A stretch of DNA of 64,000 nt, from NCBI GenBank assembly GCA_041234785.1, contig JBEROH010000025.1:30444-94443 (forward strand), in the 5' to 3' direction. The DNA is from Candidatus Actinomarina sp. (lineage in GTDB: Bacteria > Actinomycetota > Acidimicrobiia > Actinomarinales > Actinomarinaceae). This document shows positions 1 through 8,849 of this stretch, piece by piece. Position 1 is the stretch's first letter. Each line of letters starts with the position of its first letter. The notes under the pieces are model-generated. The model saw only the letters and a list, made by a program, of their open reading frames with translations. It made no database searches and was not told the origin of the DNA. The position numbers and the translations under genes were made by a program.

Positions 1-3
1 ATT

Positions 4-636
4 TTGACATTACTATTTACAAGTTTATCCATTTTAAATTTACCTAGTTTTATGCAAGAATCTTTTGATAACTCAGATTTAGTAGATTTCTACACAAGCC
101 CCGAAGGGTCTCCTCAGCAAACTTTAGAAGTAGTAATTGGCACTGACTTACTTAAAGTAGTAAGCAGAATTAAGGAACTTACAGGTAAGTCTACTGTAGT
201 ACTTGATGCAGATGGATGTTTAGAAATTCCAAAGTATGCTCAATCAAATTTACAATCAAAAGAAGAATTAGCAAATGAGATTTACAACTTAATAGCATTT
301 GAGAGACAAGAAAACAATGTTGATGCGCTGGAATTAAATTATAATCTTTCTAAAGTTGCTCTTGAATATGCTTATCAAATGTATACAAATGGTTTTTGGT
401 GTCATCAAAATCCATTGAATGGTGAAAATGTAAATGATAGACTTTCAAAAATTGGATTTCCTTATAAAACAGTGGGTGAAAATTTAGCTATTTCTTCATC
501 TATACGATCTGGGCATCAAAGTTTGATGAACTCTGAATCACATAGAAATACAATTTTAGATAATGAATTTAGAAGAATAGGTATTGGAGTTGTGTCTGGA
601 CCTCTGGGGCTTGTAATTGTACAAGTGTTTTCTTAG
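4..636 (+). CDS. Secreted CAP/SCP (PR-1-like) domain protein; the 5' end may extend beyond the window start
   Basis: ORF track 4..636. C-terminal motif GHQSLMNSESHRNTILDNEFRRIGIGV is typical of the CAP/SCP family (HxxxxxxxxxYxxIGxG). The ORF begins at the window edge. Confidence 0.55.
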   Translation: MTLLFTSLSILNLPSFMQESFDNSDLVDFYTSPEGSPQQTLEVVIGTDLLKVVSRIKELTGKSTVVLDADGCLEIPKYAQSNLQSKEELANEIYNLIAFERQENNVDALELNYNLSKVALEYAYQMYTNGFWCHQNPLNGENVNDRLSKIGFPYKTVGENLAISSSIRSGHQSLMNSESHRNTILDNEFRRIGIGVVSGPLGLVIVQVFS

Positions 637-638
637 TA

Positions 639-932
639 ATGCTTGATATAAATAGTTTTACTTTAATACTTATAGAAGGATTAATAGATTATTTAAAAAA
701 AAATCAAATTGAATTAGATGATGAAACAATTGTAGAAATTAAGGAAAATCTCCAAAAAGAATTTTTCTTATCATTTGAAAAACAGACAAAAACACCAACA
801 CAAATAATCAATATTTTTTTACAAGAACACTTGAGTCCTGAATTAAATATTACTCCAAAAGACTTAGGTGAAAATGCTTTGGCAGCAATTTTAAATTGGG
901 GAATTTTAAAGGCTAAATATTTTGAGAGTTGA
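639..932 (+). CDS. Hypothetical small protein (97 aa)
   Basis: ORF only, in the same orientation and tightly packed between the CAP protein and the MATE gene. No recognisable motif. Confidence 0.3.
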   Translation: MLDINSFTLILIEGLIDYLKKNQIELDDETIVEIKENLQKEFFLSFEKQTKTPTQIINIFLQEHLSPELNITPKDLGENALAAILNWGILKAKYFES

Positions 933-2211
933 TATAACAAAAAAAGATATCTGGATTAACTCTTATCCAATTTTTTTATGGCTCATATTAGAACCAATTG
1001 TTGGATTAGTAGATTCAAAAATTGCGTCATTAATTGGCATTAATTCATTATCCGCAGTAGGTGTTGGAGAAACTATTTACTTTGTATTTGTTTGGATATT
1101 TATCTTTCTAGCCTACGGAACCACACCTTTAGTCTCAGCATTTAAAACTAAAAATCAAATTAATCAATTAAACTTTCTAATTAAATTTGGAAGACAAATA
1201 TCAATTTTTCTTGGATCGATAGCATTTTTTGTTTTATATTCGACAAACAGTTACTTTATAAATATTTTTCGTCCTACAGCAGTAGTTGGAGAATTATCAT
1301 CAAGTTATCTAATCTTGCGGTGTGTTGGCCTTCCTTTTTATTTAATTAATATGCATTCAACTGCTGTGTTGAGAGGTTTAAAATTACCTAAGGCAACTTT
1401 CAATAGTTCATTGATAGTTACATTTTTAAATATTATTTTAAGTTATGTTTTTGGTATTGTTTTTGAATTTGGGGTAATGGGGATTGGTTTTGCCAGCTCT
1501 GCTTCTTTTTTAGTTGCATCTATTTACTCAACAATAATTTTAAAAAAAACTCAAAATAACTTTACAATTTCTTCAGACATTGTTGAAAAGCAAAAAATAA
1601 GATTGAAGTTTTTTTCTGTTGGTATAAATATCTTAGTTCGATCATTATTTTTAACTCTATTTATGGCTTTTTTGAGGAATAAAGCATCTCTTATGTCAAT
1701 GGAGGAGATAGCCCTCCAACATGTTTTATTGCAACTTTGGTCTATAGGGTACATTTTTGCCGACTCAATTGCAATTGCATCACAAACATTAGTTTCAGAG
1801 TATATTTCTACAGACAAGTCATTCAGTGGTTCAAAACTTCAAAAAGACTTATATAAAATTATATTTTTTCTTTCAACAAGTCTTTTCATATTTTCATTTC
1901 TAACATTAGAAAAACTAGTTTCATTAGTAAGTTCACAAAGTTTAAATAATTTAATTTCATTTGAATTAATACTTTTATTTTCTATTAGCTTATTAGTTGG
2001 CAGCTTTGCATTTCTTTGGGATGGAGTTTTGCTTGCCTTGGACAAATCAAAAGAGTTTTCTATCTTAACGATTATTGCTTCTTTAACAGGGTTTTTAGTA
2101 TGTACAATTTTATTATTGAAGCAAAACTCTTTAGAAACACTTTGGATTGCATTAAATGTTAGTTTGGCAATTAGAACTTATTTGGGTTATAAATATCAGA
2201 AAATAAGTTAA
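922..2211 (+). CDS. MATE-family multidrug/oligosaccharide efflux transporter
   Basis: 429 aa, about 12 predicted TM segments. N-terminal region (WLILEPIVGLVDSKIASLIG...) resembles MATE/NorM/DinF. TTG start. Confidence 0.6.
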   Translation: MRVDITKKDIWINSYPIFLWLILEPIVGLVDSKIASLIGINSLSAVGVGETIYFVFVWIFIFLAYGTTPLVSAFKTKNQINQLNFLIKFGRQISIFLGSIAFFVLYSTNSYFINIFRPTAVVGELSSSYLILRCVGLPFYLINMHSTAVLRGLKLPKATFNSSLIVTFLNIILSYVFGIVFEFGVMGIGFASSASFLVASIYSTIILKKTQNNFTISSDIVEKQKIRLKFFSVGINILVRSLFLTLFMAFLRNKASLMSMEEIALQHVLLQLWSIGYIFADSIAIASQTLVSEYISTDKSFSGSKLQKDLYKIIFFLSTSLFIFSFLTLEKLVSLVSSQSLNNLISFELILLFSISLLVGSFAFLWDGVLLALDKSKEFSILTIIASLTGFLVCTILLLKQNSLETLWIALNVSLAIRTYLGYKYQKIS

Positions 2212-2852
2212 TCTACCGCTTTTAATATTGGCCTATCTAGGTAGTAACTTAAGATTTGTAATTCTTGAGAGAGGTCAACGGATCTAATTTGAATATTTGG
2301 TGTATTTTTTAAGAGTACTGGTGCAAAGTTTAGAATTGACCTAACTCCACAGTTAATTAAATGATCAGCTACACCTTGCGCATACTGTCCTGGTGTCGCA
2401 ATAATTCCAATTGCAACATCAAATTTTTCACAGTAGCTTTTAAGCTCTTTTAATGGTTTTACTACCAGTCCAGCCACCTGGCTATCAATTTTTTTTGGAT
2501 CTTCATCAAACAGACCCACTATACCGAATCCTTTTTCTCTGAAGCCACCATAATGAGCAAGAGCTGAACCCAAGTTTCCTATACCTACAATTACTGCACT
2601 CCATCCTTCAACCAGTCCTAATTCAAGTTGAAGTTGATTCCTTAGTGTAGAGATATCATAACCAACCCCTCTAGTACCTAAAGTTCCCAAGTAAGACAAA
2701 TCTCTCCTAACTTGAGCATCGTTTACTTTTGCTAATTCAGCAAGTTTTCTTGAAGAAACACCAATTGAATCAGTTTTTAACTGATCTAGACATTGTAAAT
2801 AAAGAGGTAGTCTTTTAACTGTTGCTGGAGGAATTTGCTTATTTTCTTTCAC
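2208..2852 (-). CDS. rex: Redox-sensing transcriptional repressor Rex
   Basis: 214 aa. N-terminal winged-helix motif KRLPLYLQCL and Rossmann NAD(H) site VIVGIGNLGSALAHY are diagnostic of Rex. A consensus Rex operator lies 1.4 kb downstream in front of nuoA. Confidence 0.85.
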   Translation of the reverse strand: MKENKQIPPATVKRLPLYLQCLDQLKTDSIGVSSRKLAELAKVNDAQVRRDLSYLGTLGTRGVGYDISTLRNQLQLELGLVEGWSAVIVGIGNLGSALAHYGGFREKGFGIVGLFDEDPKKIDSQVAGLVVKPLKELKSYCEKFDVAIGIIATPGQYAQGVADHLINCGVRSILNFAPVLLKNTPNIQIRSVDLSQELQILSYYLDRPILKAVD

Positions 2853-2957
2853 TACTGCACAATCTAATTACTTATTAAATTTATATGTAATTATTTGAAC
2901 TAATTATTAGATATAAAAACTTCTGATTATAGTTTTTTCAATGTAAGTTATTTAAAT

Positions 2958-4223
2958 ATGCAAAACAATTTAAAAAATTATGATGTCCTAATTATTGGTG
3001 CTGGACCAGCCGGTTCAAATGCTGCTATTTCTTACAAGTCATTATATCCAAATTTAAAGGTAGCTTTGATAGATAAGGCAATATTTCCTAGAGACAAATC
3101 GTGTGGAGACGCTATAGGACCAGGTGTGATTAATGCTTTAAAAAGGTTTAACAATCAACACATACTTGAAAATGAACCTGAAGTAGTTTCAACAACATTA
3201 TATGGTCCAGATAATGTAGGAATTCAAAATTATATTCCAAAAGTAAAAAACAAAGATGATTCAATTGTCTACGTAATCCCTCGATTAGATTTAGATAACA
3301 GAATTTTGAATCTAGCGAAAAACAAAGATGTAGATGTTTACGAAGGACATTCTTTTTTAGACTTCGAGGTTTTAGAAGATAGGTCAATTAACGTTTCTGT
3401 AATGGAAAATACAGAAACTATTATGTTCAAGACAAAAATTTTAGTTGGAGCTGATGGTGCAAATTCTAGAGTTAGAAAAAAACTCACGTTAGGTCAAAAT
3501 TCAGACTGGCACAAAGCTTTAGCAATTAGAGCTTATATTGATAGTCCAAACTATATTGAGATTTTTGAAGAGAGAACTTTGATGTTTGAAATTAATGTAT
3601 CTGCAGAAAAAGGATACGCATGGGCATTTCCGAGTAAAGGAAATCTTTTAAACATTGGAATAGGTGTACCCGTTAGCATATTTAAAAAAGACAAATTAGA
3701 TATTAACGAATTATTAGATAAATTTATAGAACAACTTAAAAATAGAGGTGTTAAGGTAGAAAACATTAGAAAAAAGAAGTCTTATATTCTTCCTTTCGCA
3801 TCATCAATTCCAAAAAGATTTAAAGATAAGAACATTGTATTGATTGGCGATGCAAGCTCGATGATAAATCCTATGAGTGGTGAGGGTATTTTTTATGGAA
3901 TGGAAGCAGGGTATCTATTAGCTAAAAATACAAAAGACTTATCACACCCCGACTCTATAAATAATGGTATATCAGAATATGAGAAAGAGTTTAAAAAAAG
4001 GTTTAAAAAGCACTATTTAAGCTGTGCAATAGCCCGACTCTTGCTCCAAAGTCCATTTATGACTAGACGGCTTCTAAAAGTTGCTTCGAATGATCAAAAT
4101 ACAATTGATTTTGTAGTAGAACTATTATTCGATGAAGCATATTTAACCTTAAAAGAAGTAGTAAAAATAGGTATTAAGTTCTTATTGCCAAACAAAATAT
4201 TTTCCTTGCTCCAAAAAAAATAG
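2958..4223 (+). CDS. FAD-dependent oxidoreductase of the geranylgeranyl reductase family (possible MenJ-like menaquinone saturase)
   Basis: 421 aa. N-terminal dinucleotide fold DVLIIGAGPAGSNAA...SCGDAIGP, a GADGANSRVR motif, and a GDASSMINPMSGEGI C-terminal FAD motif typical of the GGR family. Location between rex and nuo suggests quinone-related function (inference). Confidence 0.7.
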   Translation: MQNNLKNYDVLIIGAGPAGSNAAISYKSLYPNLKVALIDKAIFPRDKSCGDAIGPGVINALKRFNNQHILENEPEVVSTTLYGPDNVGIQNYIPKVKNKDDSIVYVIPRLDLDNRILNLAKNKDVDVYEGHSFLDFEVLEDRSINVSVMENTETIMFKTKILVGADGANSRVRKKLTLGQNSDWHKALAIRAYIDSPNYIEIFEERTLMFEINVSAEKGYAWAFPSKGNLLNIGIGVPVSIFKKDKLDINELLDKFIEQLKNRGVKVENIRKKKSYILPFASSIPKRFKDKNIVLIGDASSMINPMSGEGIFYGMEAGYLLAKNTKDLSHPDSINNGISEYEKEFKKRFKKHYLSCAIARLLLQSPFMTRRLLKVASNDQNTIDFVVELLFDEAYLTLKEVVKIGIKFLLPNKIFSLLQKK

Positions 4224-4272
4224 TAGTCGAAATAATTTAACATGATATAAGTAGTAGAATAAGTGTAAAACT

Positions 4273-4290
4273 TTGTGAAATATTTCACAA
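4273..4290. promoter_or_regulatory. Rex operator (ROP) palindrome TTGTGAAATATTTCACAA upstream of nuoA
   Basis: Perfect 18-bp inverted repeat matching the actinobacterial Rex operator consensus TTGTGAAnnnnTTCACAA. It sits 13 bp upstream of the nuoA TTG start, just before RBS AAGGAGGA (4293-4300). rex is encoded nearby. Confidence 0.65.
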
Positions 4291-4303
4291 ATAAGGAGGA
4301 AAA

Positions 4304-4708
4304 TTGATAGATTGGCTTCCAATTTTAGTCATGCTTGTCGTAGCTATTGGGTTTGCACTAGTATCCCTTGGAATATCTTATTTACTTTCCCCAAAAAATC
4401 CAACACCTGAAAAACTTGCTCCTTATGAGTGTGGAATATTTCCAGAATCAGAAACTTCACAAAGATTTCCCGTCAAGTTCTATATGGTTGCTATGTTGTA
4501 TATTGTTTTTGATATAGAAATAATATTTTTGTTTGCATGGGCATCAAGATTTAATGATTTAGGATGGTATGGAATTTATGCGATTTCAATATTTACTTTT
4601 TTTGTACTCGAAACACTATATTATGTATGGAAAAAAGGAGTACTTGATTGGAATATTCCAAGACGTGAACGTTATTTAAACAACCAAACACTTAAAGAGG
4701 TTGCTTAA
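4304..4708 (+). CDS. nuoA: NADH-quinone oxidoreductase subunit A (operon 1)
   Basis: 134 aa, 3 TM segments, motif PYECG. TTG start after a strong RBS. First gene of a contiguous nuoA-N cluster. Confidence 0.85.
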   Translation: MIDWLPILVMLVVAIGFALVSLGISYLLSPKNPTPEKLAPYECGIFPESETSQRFPVKFYMVAMLYIVFDIEIIFLFAWASRFNDLGWYGIYAISIFTFFVLETLYYVWKKGVLDWNIPRRERYLNNQTLKEVA

Positions 4709-5169
4709 TGTACACTCCTGATAATATTTTCACAACAACAATTGACAAAGCTGTAAGGTGGTCAAGAACTCAATCAATGTGGCCAGTTACCTTTGGTTTA
4801 GCATGCTGTGCTATTGAAATGATGGCAGCAGGAAGTGCTAAATATGACCTTGCAAGATATGGAATGGAAGTTTTTAGGGCCTCACCTCGACAAGCGGACC
4901 TAATGATTGTCGCTGGAAGAGTTTCTCAAAAAATGGCACCAGTTTTAAGACAAGTTTATGACCAAATGGCTGATCCAAAATGGGTAATTGCGATGGGAGC
5001 TTGTTCTTCTACTGGTGGAATGTTTAACAATTATGCGTTAGTTCAAGGAGTTGATCACATAGTACCGGTAGATATTTATGTTCCAGGTTGTCCCCCGGGT
5101 CCTCAATCTCTAATGCATGGAATTTTAACCTTGCATGAAAAAATTATGGAAGGTGAAATAAATCGATGA
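4708..5169 (+). CDS. nuoB: NADH-quinone oxidoreductase subunit B (operon 1)
   Basis: N2-cluster motifs [16 protein letters not shown] and PGCPP. Start overlaps the nuoA stop (TAATG). Confidence 0.9.
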   Translation: MYTPDNIFTTTIDKAVRWSRTQSMWPVTFGLACCAIEMMAAGSAKYDLARYGMEVFRASPRQADLMIVAGRVSQKMAPVLRQVYDQMADPKWVIAMGACSSTGGMFNNYALVQGVDHIVPVDIYVPGCPPGPQSLMHGILTLHEKIMEGEINR

Positions 5170-5576
5170 ATTCCGAAAACATTATTACGACAAAAGCTGA
5201 GTATAAAAATATAATTCAAAAATTTAAAGATGAAGGATTTGAATTAATGGTTGATTTAACAGTCGTTGATTGGTACAGAAAAAAAGAACCAAGATTTGAA
5301 ATTGTAGTACAACTCTTATCCGCATCTTTAAATAGCAGAAAGACAATTAAAGTTTTTGTAGAAGATGATCTATCAATTGAATCAATTACAGAAATATATC
5401 CAGGTGCAAATTTTTATGAAAGGGAAGCATTTGACATGTTTGGAATAATATTTCTTAATCATCCGGACCTAACCAGAATATTAATGCCTGATGATTGGGT
5501 TGGACATCCTCTAAGAAAAAATTATAATTCTGGAAGAATTCCTGTTCAATTTAAAAATGCTCCAAAGGTTGATTAA
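5166..5576 (+). CDS. nuoC: NADH-quinone oxidoreductase subunit C (operon 1)
   Basis: 136 aa, 30-kDa subunit motif [15 protein letters not shown] overlap with nuoB. Confidence 0.85.
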   Translation: MNSENIITTKAEYKNIIQKFKDEGFELMVDLTVVDWYRKKEPRFEIVVQLLSASLNSRKTIKVFVEDDLSIESITEIYPGANFYEREAFDMFGIIFLNHPDLTRILMPDDWVGHPLRKNYNSGRIPVQFKNAPKVD

Positions 5577-6952
5577 TGGTAAGTAAAAATTTTAAAAAAA
5601 GAAATTTCAAAAATATTAAAAATTTTTTTGATTTTTGGGCTACTAACTCAGAAGAAGGCGGATGGAATATTGCTTCAACAGATGAAGGATCACAAAAAAT
5701 GCTCGAAAATGAAAACGAAAAACAAATTAAAATTCAAACAGGTACTGAGGTTATAGATGATTTTGTAATTGATGAAGAATCGCTTGAAGACGAGAGAATG
5801 ATAGTAAACATGGGCCCCCAACACCCTTCTACTCATGGTGTATTAAGACTTCAAGTTGAGTTAGAAGGAGAAGTTGTTAGAAGGGTAAAACCAATAATTG
5901 GATATTTACATACAGGAATGGAAAAAACTGGAGAAGAATTAAATTACTTTCAAGGACCTACAAACACAACTCGTATGGATTATCTTTCACCATTGTTTAA
6001 TGAGTTGGTATTTTCACTAACAACTGAAAAATTACTTGATATTGAAGTTCCAGAGAGAGCCCAAACAATAAGAATATTAATGACAGAATTGAACAGGGTT
6101 TCTTCTCATTTAGTAGCTTTGGCAACGGGCGGAATGGACATTGGAGCTTTATCTATGATGATTTTCGGCTTTAGAGAAAGGGAGTTGATTTTAAATTTCT
6201 TTGAAAAAACTACTGGTTTAAGAATGAACCATAATTACATTCGACCAGGAGGTGTAGCAGCAGATTTACCAGACGGATGGAGAAAAGATATTAAGGAAAT
6301 TTTAAAAGTTATCCCAGAAAAGCTTAAAGACTATGATGATATGCTTCTTGATAACCCGATATGGAAAGGGAGATTGCAAAATGTTGGAATTCTTAATACT
6401 GAAGAATGTTTTGCATACGGAATAACAGGACCAAGCTTAAGGGCTTCAGGTTATTCATGGGATCTTCGAAAATCTCAACCTTATTCAGGCATTGAAAATT
6501 TTGAATTTGAAGTACCTACTTTAAAAGAAGGAGATGTTTTTGCAAGATGGAGGATTAAAGTATTAGAAATAATTGAAAGTTTAAAAATAGTAGAGCAAGC
6601 TATTGATAAAATGCCTAAAGGTCCATATAGAATTCAAGACAAAAAAATTACACCTCCTCCAAGAAAAAGATTAGATGAATCTATGGAAGCTTTGATTCAT
6701 CATTTTAAATTATTTACAGAAGGATTTAAAGTACCCGAAGGAGATGCATACACTGCAGTTGAATCTCCAAGAGGTGAGTTAGGTTGTTACATAGTTTCTG
6801 ATGGAACTTCTAAACCATACAGAATGCATGTAAGAGGGCCATCTTTTTGTAACCTCCAAGCTTTGCCAATAATTATGGCTGATAGTCCCATTGCAGACGC
6901 AGTTGCTGCAATTGCTTCACTTGATCCTGTAATTGGAGATGTAGACAGATGA
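5576..6952 (+). CDS. nuoD: NADH-quinone oxidoreductase subunit D (operon 1), with an N-terminal extension of about 50 aa
   Basis: 458 aa. 49-kDa subunit motifs GPQHPSTHGVLRL and C-terminal DR. Position equivalent to mammalian NDUFS2 Arg85 reads LHTGMEK (Thr). Confidence 0.9.
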   Translation: MVSKNFKKRNFKNIKNFFDFWATNSEEGGWNIASTDEGSQKMLENENEKQIKIQTGTEVIDDFVIDEESLEDERMIVNMGPQHPSTHGVLRLQVELEGEVVRRVKPIIGYLHTGMEKTGEELNYFQGPTNTTRMDYLSPLFNELVFSLTTEKLLDIEVPERAQTIRILMTELNRVSSHLVALATGGMDIGALSMMIFGFRERELILNFFEKTTGLRMNHNYIRPGGVAADLPDGWRKDIKEILKVIPEKLKDYDDMLLDNPIWKGRLQNVGILNTEECFAYGITGPSLRASGYSWDLRKSQPYSGIENFEFEVPTLKEGDVFARWRIKVLEIIESLKIVEQAIDKMPKGPYRIQDKKITPPPRKRLDESMEALIHHFKLFTEGFKVPEGDAYTAVESPRGELGCYIVSDGTSKPYRMHVRGPSFCNLQALPIIMADSPIADAVAAIASLDPVIGDVDR

Positions 6953-7563
6953 CCTGGGAAGACAAATATCTTAAACAAGCAAAAAAAATAATTAAACTTT
7001 ATCCTCAAAAAAGATCAGCTATGGGACCACTTTTGCACTTAGCACAGAGTAGAGATGGGTACATTTCCGATGAATCTATTTCAGTAATTAGTGAATTAGT
7101 TGGTGTGACAGAAGTTCAAGTAAAATCGGTATCAACATTCTATTCAATGTATAAACAGGAACCAACTGGTAAATATTTGATAAGTGTTTGCAAATCTATT
7201 TCTTGTGAAATTAATGATTCTAAGTCTGTAATTAATGCAGTTAAAGATTTCACTGGATTAAACAATAATGAAACGGATGAAGAGAAATTGTTTACTTTTG
7301 AAGCTGTTGAGTGTATAGGTGCTTGTGGAGGGGCTCCTGCTGTGCAAGTAAATTATGAGACAGTTGAAGGGTTAACGACCGAAAAGGTAATAAATCTTTG
7401 TAAATGGTTAAAAGACACAACCCCAGACTTAATAGTTGCAGATGTTTTACAAGAAAAATTTGGAGGCACAAAATCATTTGATTGGGCTATAAAAGATAGT
7501 TCTGGAAGCACAGGTTCCGTTCCTGGATTTCAAACCTTTAATACTACAAAGGAAGAAAAATGA
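6949..7563 (+). CDS. nuoE: NADH-quinone oxidoreductase subunit E (24 kDa, 2Fe-2S)
   Basis: Cys motifs CKSISC...CIGACGGAP. ATGA overlap with nuoD. Confidence 0.9.
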   Translation: MTWEDKYLKQAKKIIKLYPQKRSAMGPLLHLAQSRDGYISDESISVISELVGVTEVQVKSVSTFYSMYKQEPTGKYLISVCKSISCEINDSKSVINAVKDFTGLNNNETDEEKLFTFEAVECIGACGGAPAVQVNYETVEGLTTEKVINLCKWLKDTTPDLIVADVLQEKFGGTKSFDWAIKDSSGSTGSVPGFQTFNTTKEEK

Positions 7564-8849
7564 AAGAAACACTTCTTCTAACAAAACACATGAGAGAATA
7601 TCCAGAAAACAGTCATTTAATTGATTCTTATGAAAAAAATAATGGGTATAAAACTGCTAAATCTGCTTTAAAAAGTTTATCTCCACAACAGATATTACAA
7701 GAAATAAAAGATTCAAATATTAAAGGTAGGGGTGGAGCAGGTTTTCCAACAGGAACCAAGTGGGGAATGTTGGTAGAAGATCAAGAAAAATATTTAGTTA
7801 TAAATGCAGACGAATCAGAACCCGGAACTTTTAAAGATCGAATTTTACTTGAAAGAGACCCACATCAATTGATAGAAGGAATGATATTAACATGTTTTGC
7901 TTCAGGTATTCATAAAGCATTTATTTATATTCGTGGTGAGTATGCAAAGCCTGCTAGGAGAGTTCAAAAAGCTGTTGAACAAGCTTATGAAAAAAACTAT
8001 ATAGGCAAGAACATATTTGGTTCAAATTTTGATTTAGATATTGTTGTTCATCTTGGAGCAGGAGCGTATATCTGTGGTGAAGAAACTGCGCTTTTAAATT
8101 CTCTTGAGGGGAGAAGAGGGGAACCGAGACTAAAACCACCTTACTATCCTGCTGTGAAGGGTTTATATATGAAGCCAACCTTAGTCAATAACGTAGAAAC
8201 TATTTCTTCTGTTCCATGGATAATAGCAAATTCTGGTTTGGAATATAATAAACTAGGGGTCGAAGGTTCTGTAGGTACTAGAATTTTTAGCTTGTCAGGT
8301 CATATTAATAATCCAGGTAATTATGAAATCCAAATGGGTAGCTCATTTGGGGAATTTGTCGACACTTTAGGTGGTGGAGTCAAAAACAGTAAAAAAATTA
8401 AAGCATTTATTCCTGGTGGTGCATCAGCTCCTTGGTTTAGAGGCGATCAGTTAGACATTAAGATGACAATTGATGATGTAGCTAAAAATAATTCTATGCT
8501 TGGTTCTGGGGCAGTAGTCATGATGGATGAAGATACTAATTTAGTAAGCGCAGCAAAAAGTATTGTAAGTTTTTTTGCTCACGAATCTTGTGGGCAGTGC
8601 ACACCATGTAGAGAGGGCACAACATGGTTGGAAATGATTTTAGATAGAATTGCCTCTGGGCGTGGTAGAACTTCTGATGTAGAGTTATTACTAGACATTT
8701 GTGACAATATTTCACCAGGCTTATCTTGGCCACCTAAAATGACAACTATTTGCCCTCTAGGTCCTTCGGCTGTTTCTCCTATAACTTCTCTAATGAAAGA
8801 TTTTAGAGATGAAGTTGATAAACTAATTCCTTCGAAAGTGCTTTTATGA
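7560..8849 (+). CDS. nuoF: NADH-quinone oxidoreductase subunit F (51 kDa, NADH/FMN binding)
   Basis: 429 aa. GRGGAGFPTG FMN/NADH motifs and 4Fe-4S motif ESCGQCTPCREG. Confidence 0.9.
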   Translation: MKETLLLTKHMREYPENSHLIDSYEKNNGYKTAKSALKSLSPQQILQEIKDSNIKGRGGAGFPTGTKWGMLVEDQEKYLVINADESEPGTFKDRILLERDPHQLIEGMILTCFASGIHKAFIYIRGEYAKPARRVQKAVEQAYEKNYIGKNIFGSNFDLDIVVHLGAGAYICGEETALLNSLEGRRGEPRLKPPYYPAVKGLYMKPTLVNNVETISSVPWIIANSGLEYNKLGVEGSVGTRIFSLSGHINNPGNYEIQMGSSFGEFVDTLGGGVKNSKKIKAFIPGGASAPWFRGDQLDIKMTIDDVAKNNSMLGSGAVVMMDEDTNLVSAAKSIVSFFAHESCGQCTPCREGTTWLEMILDRIASGRGRTSDVELLLDICDNISPGLSWPPKMTTICPLGPSAVSPITSLMKDFRDEVDKLIPSKVLL

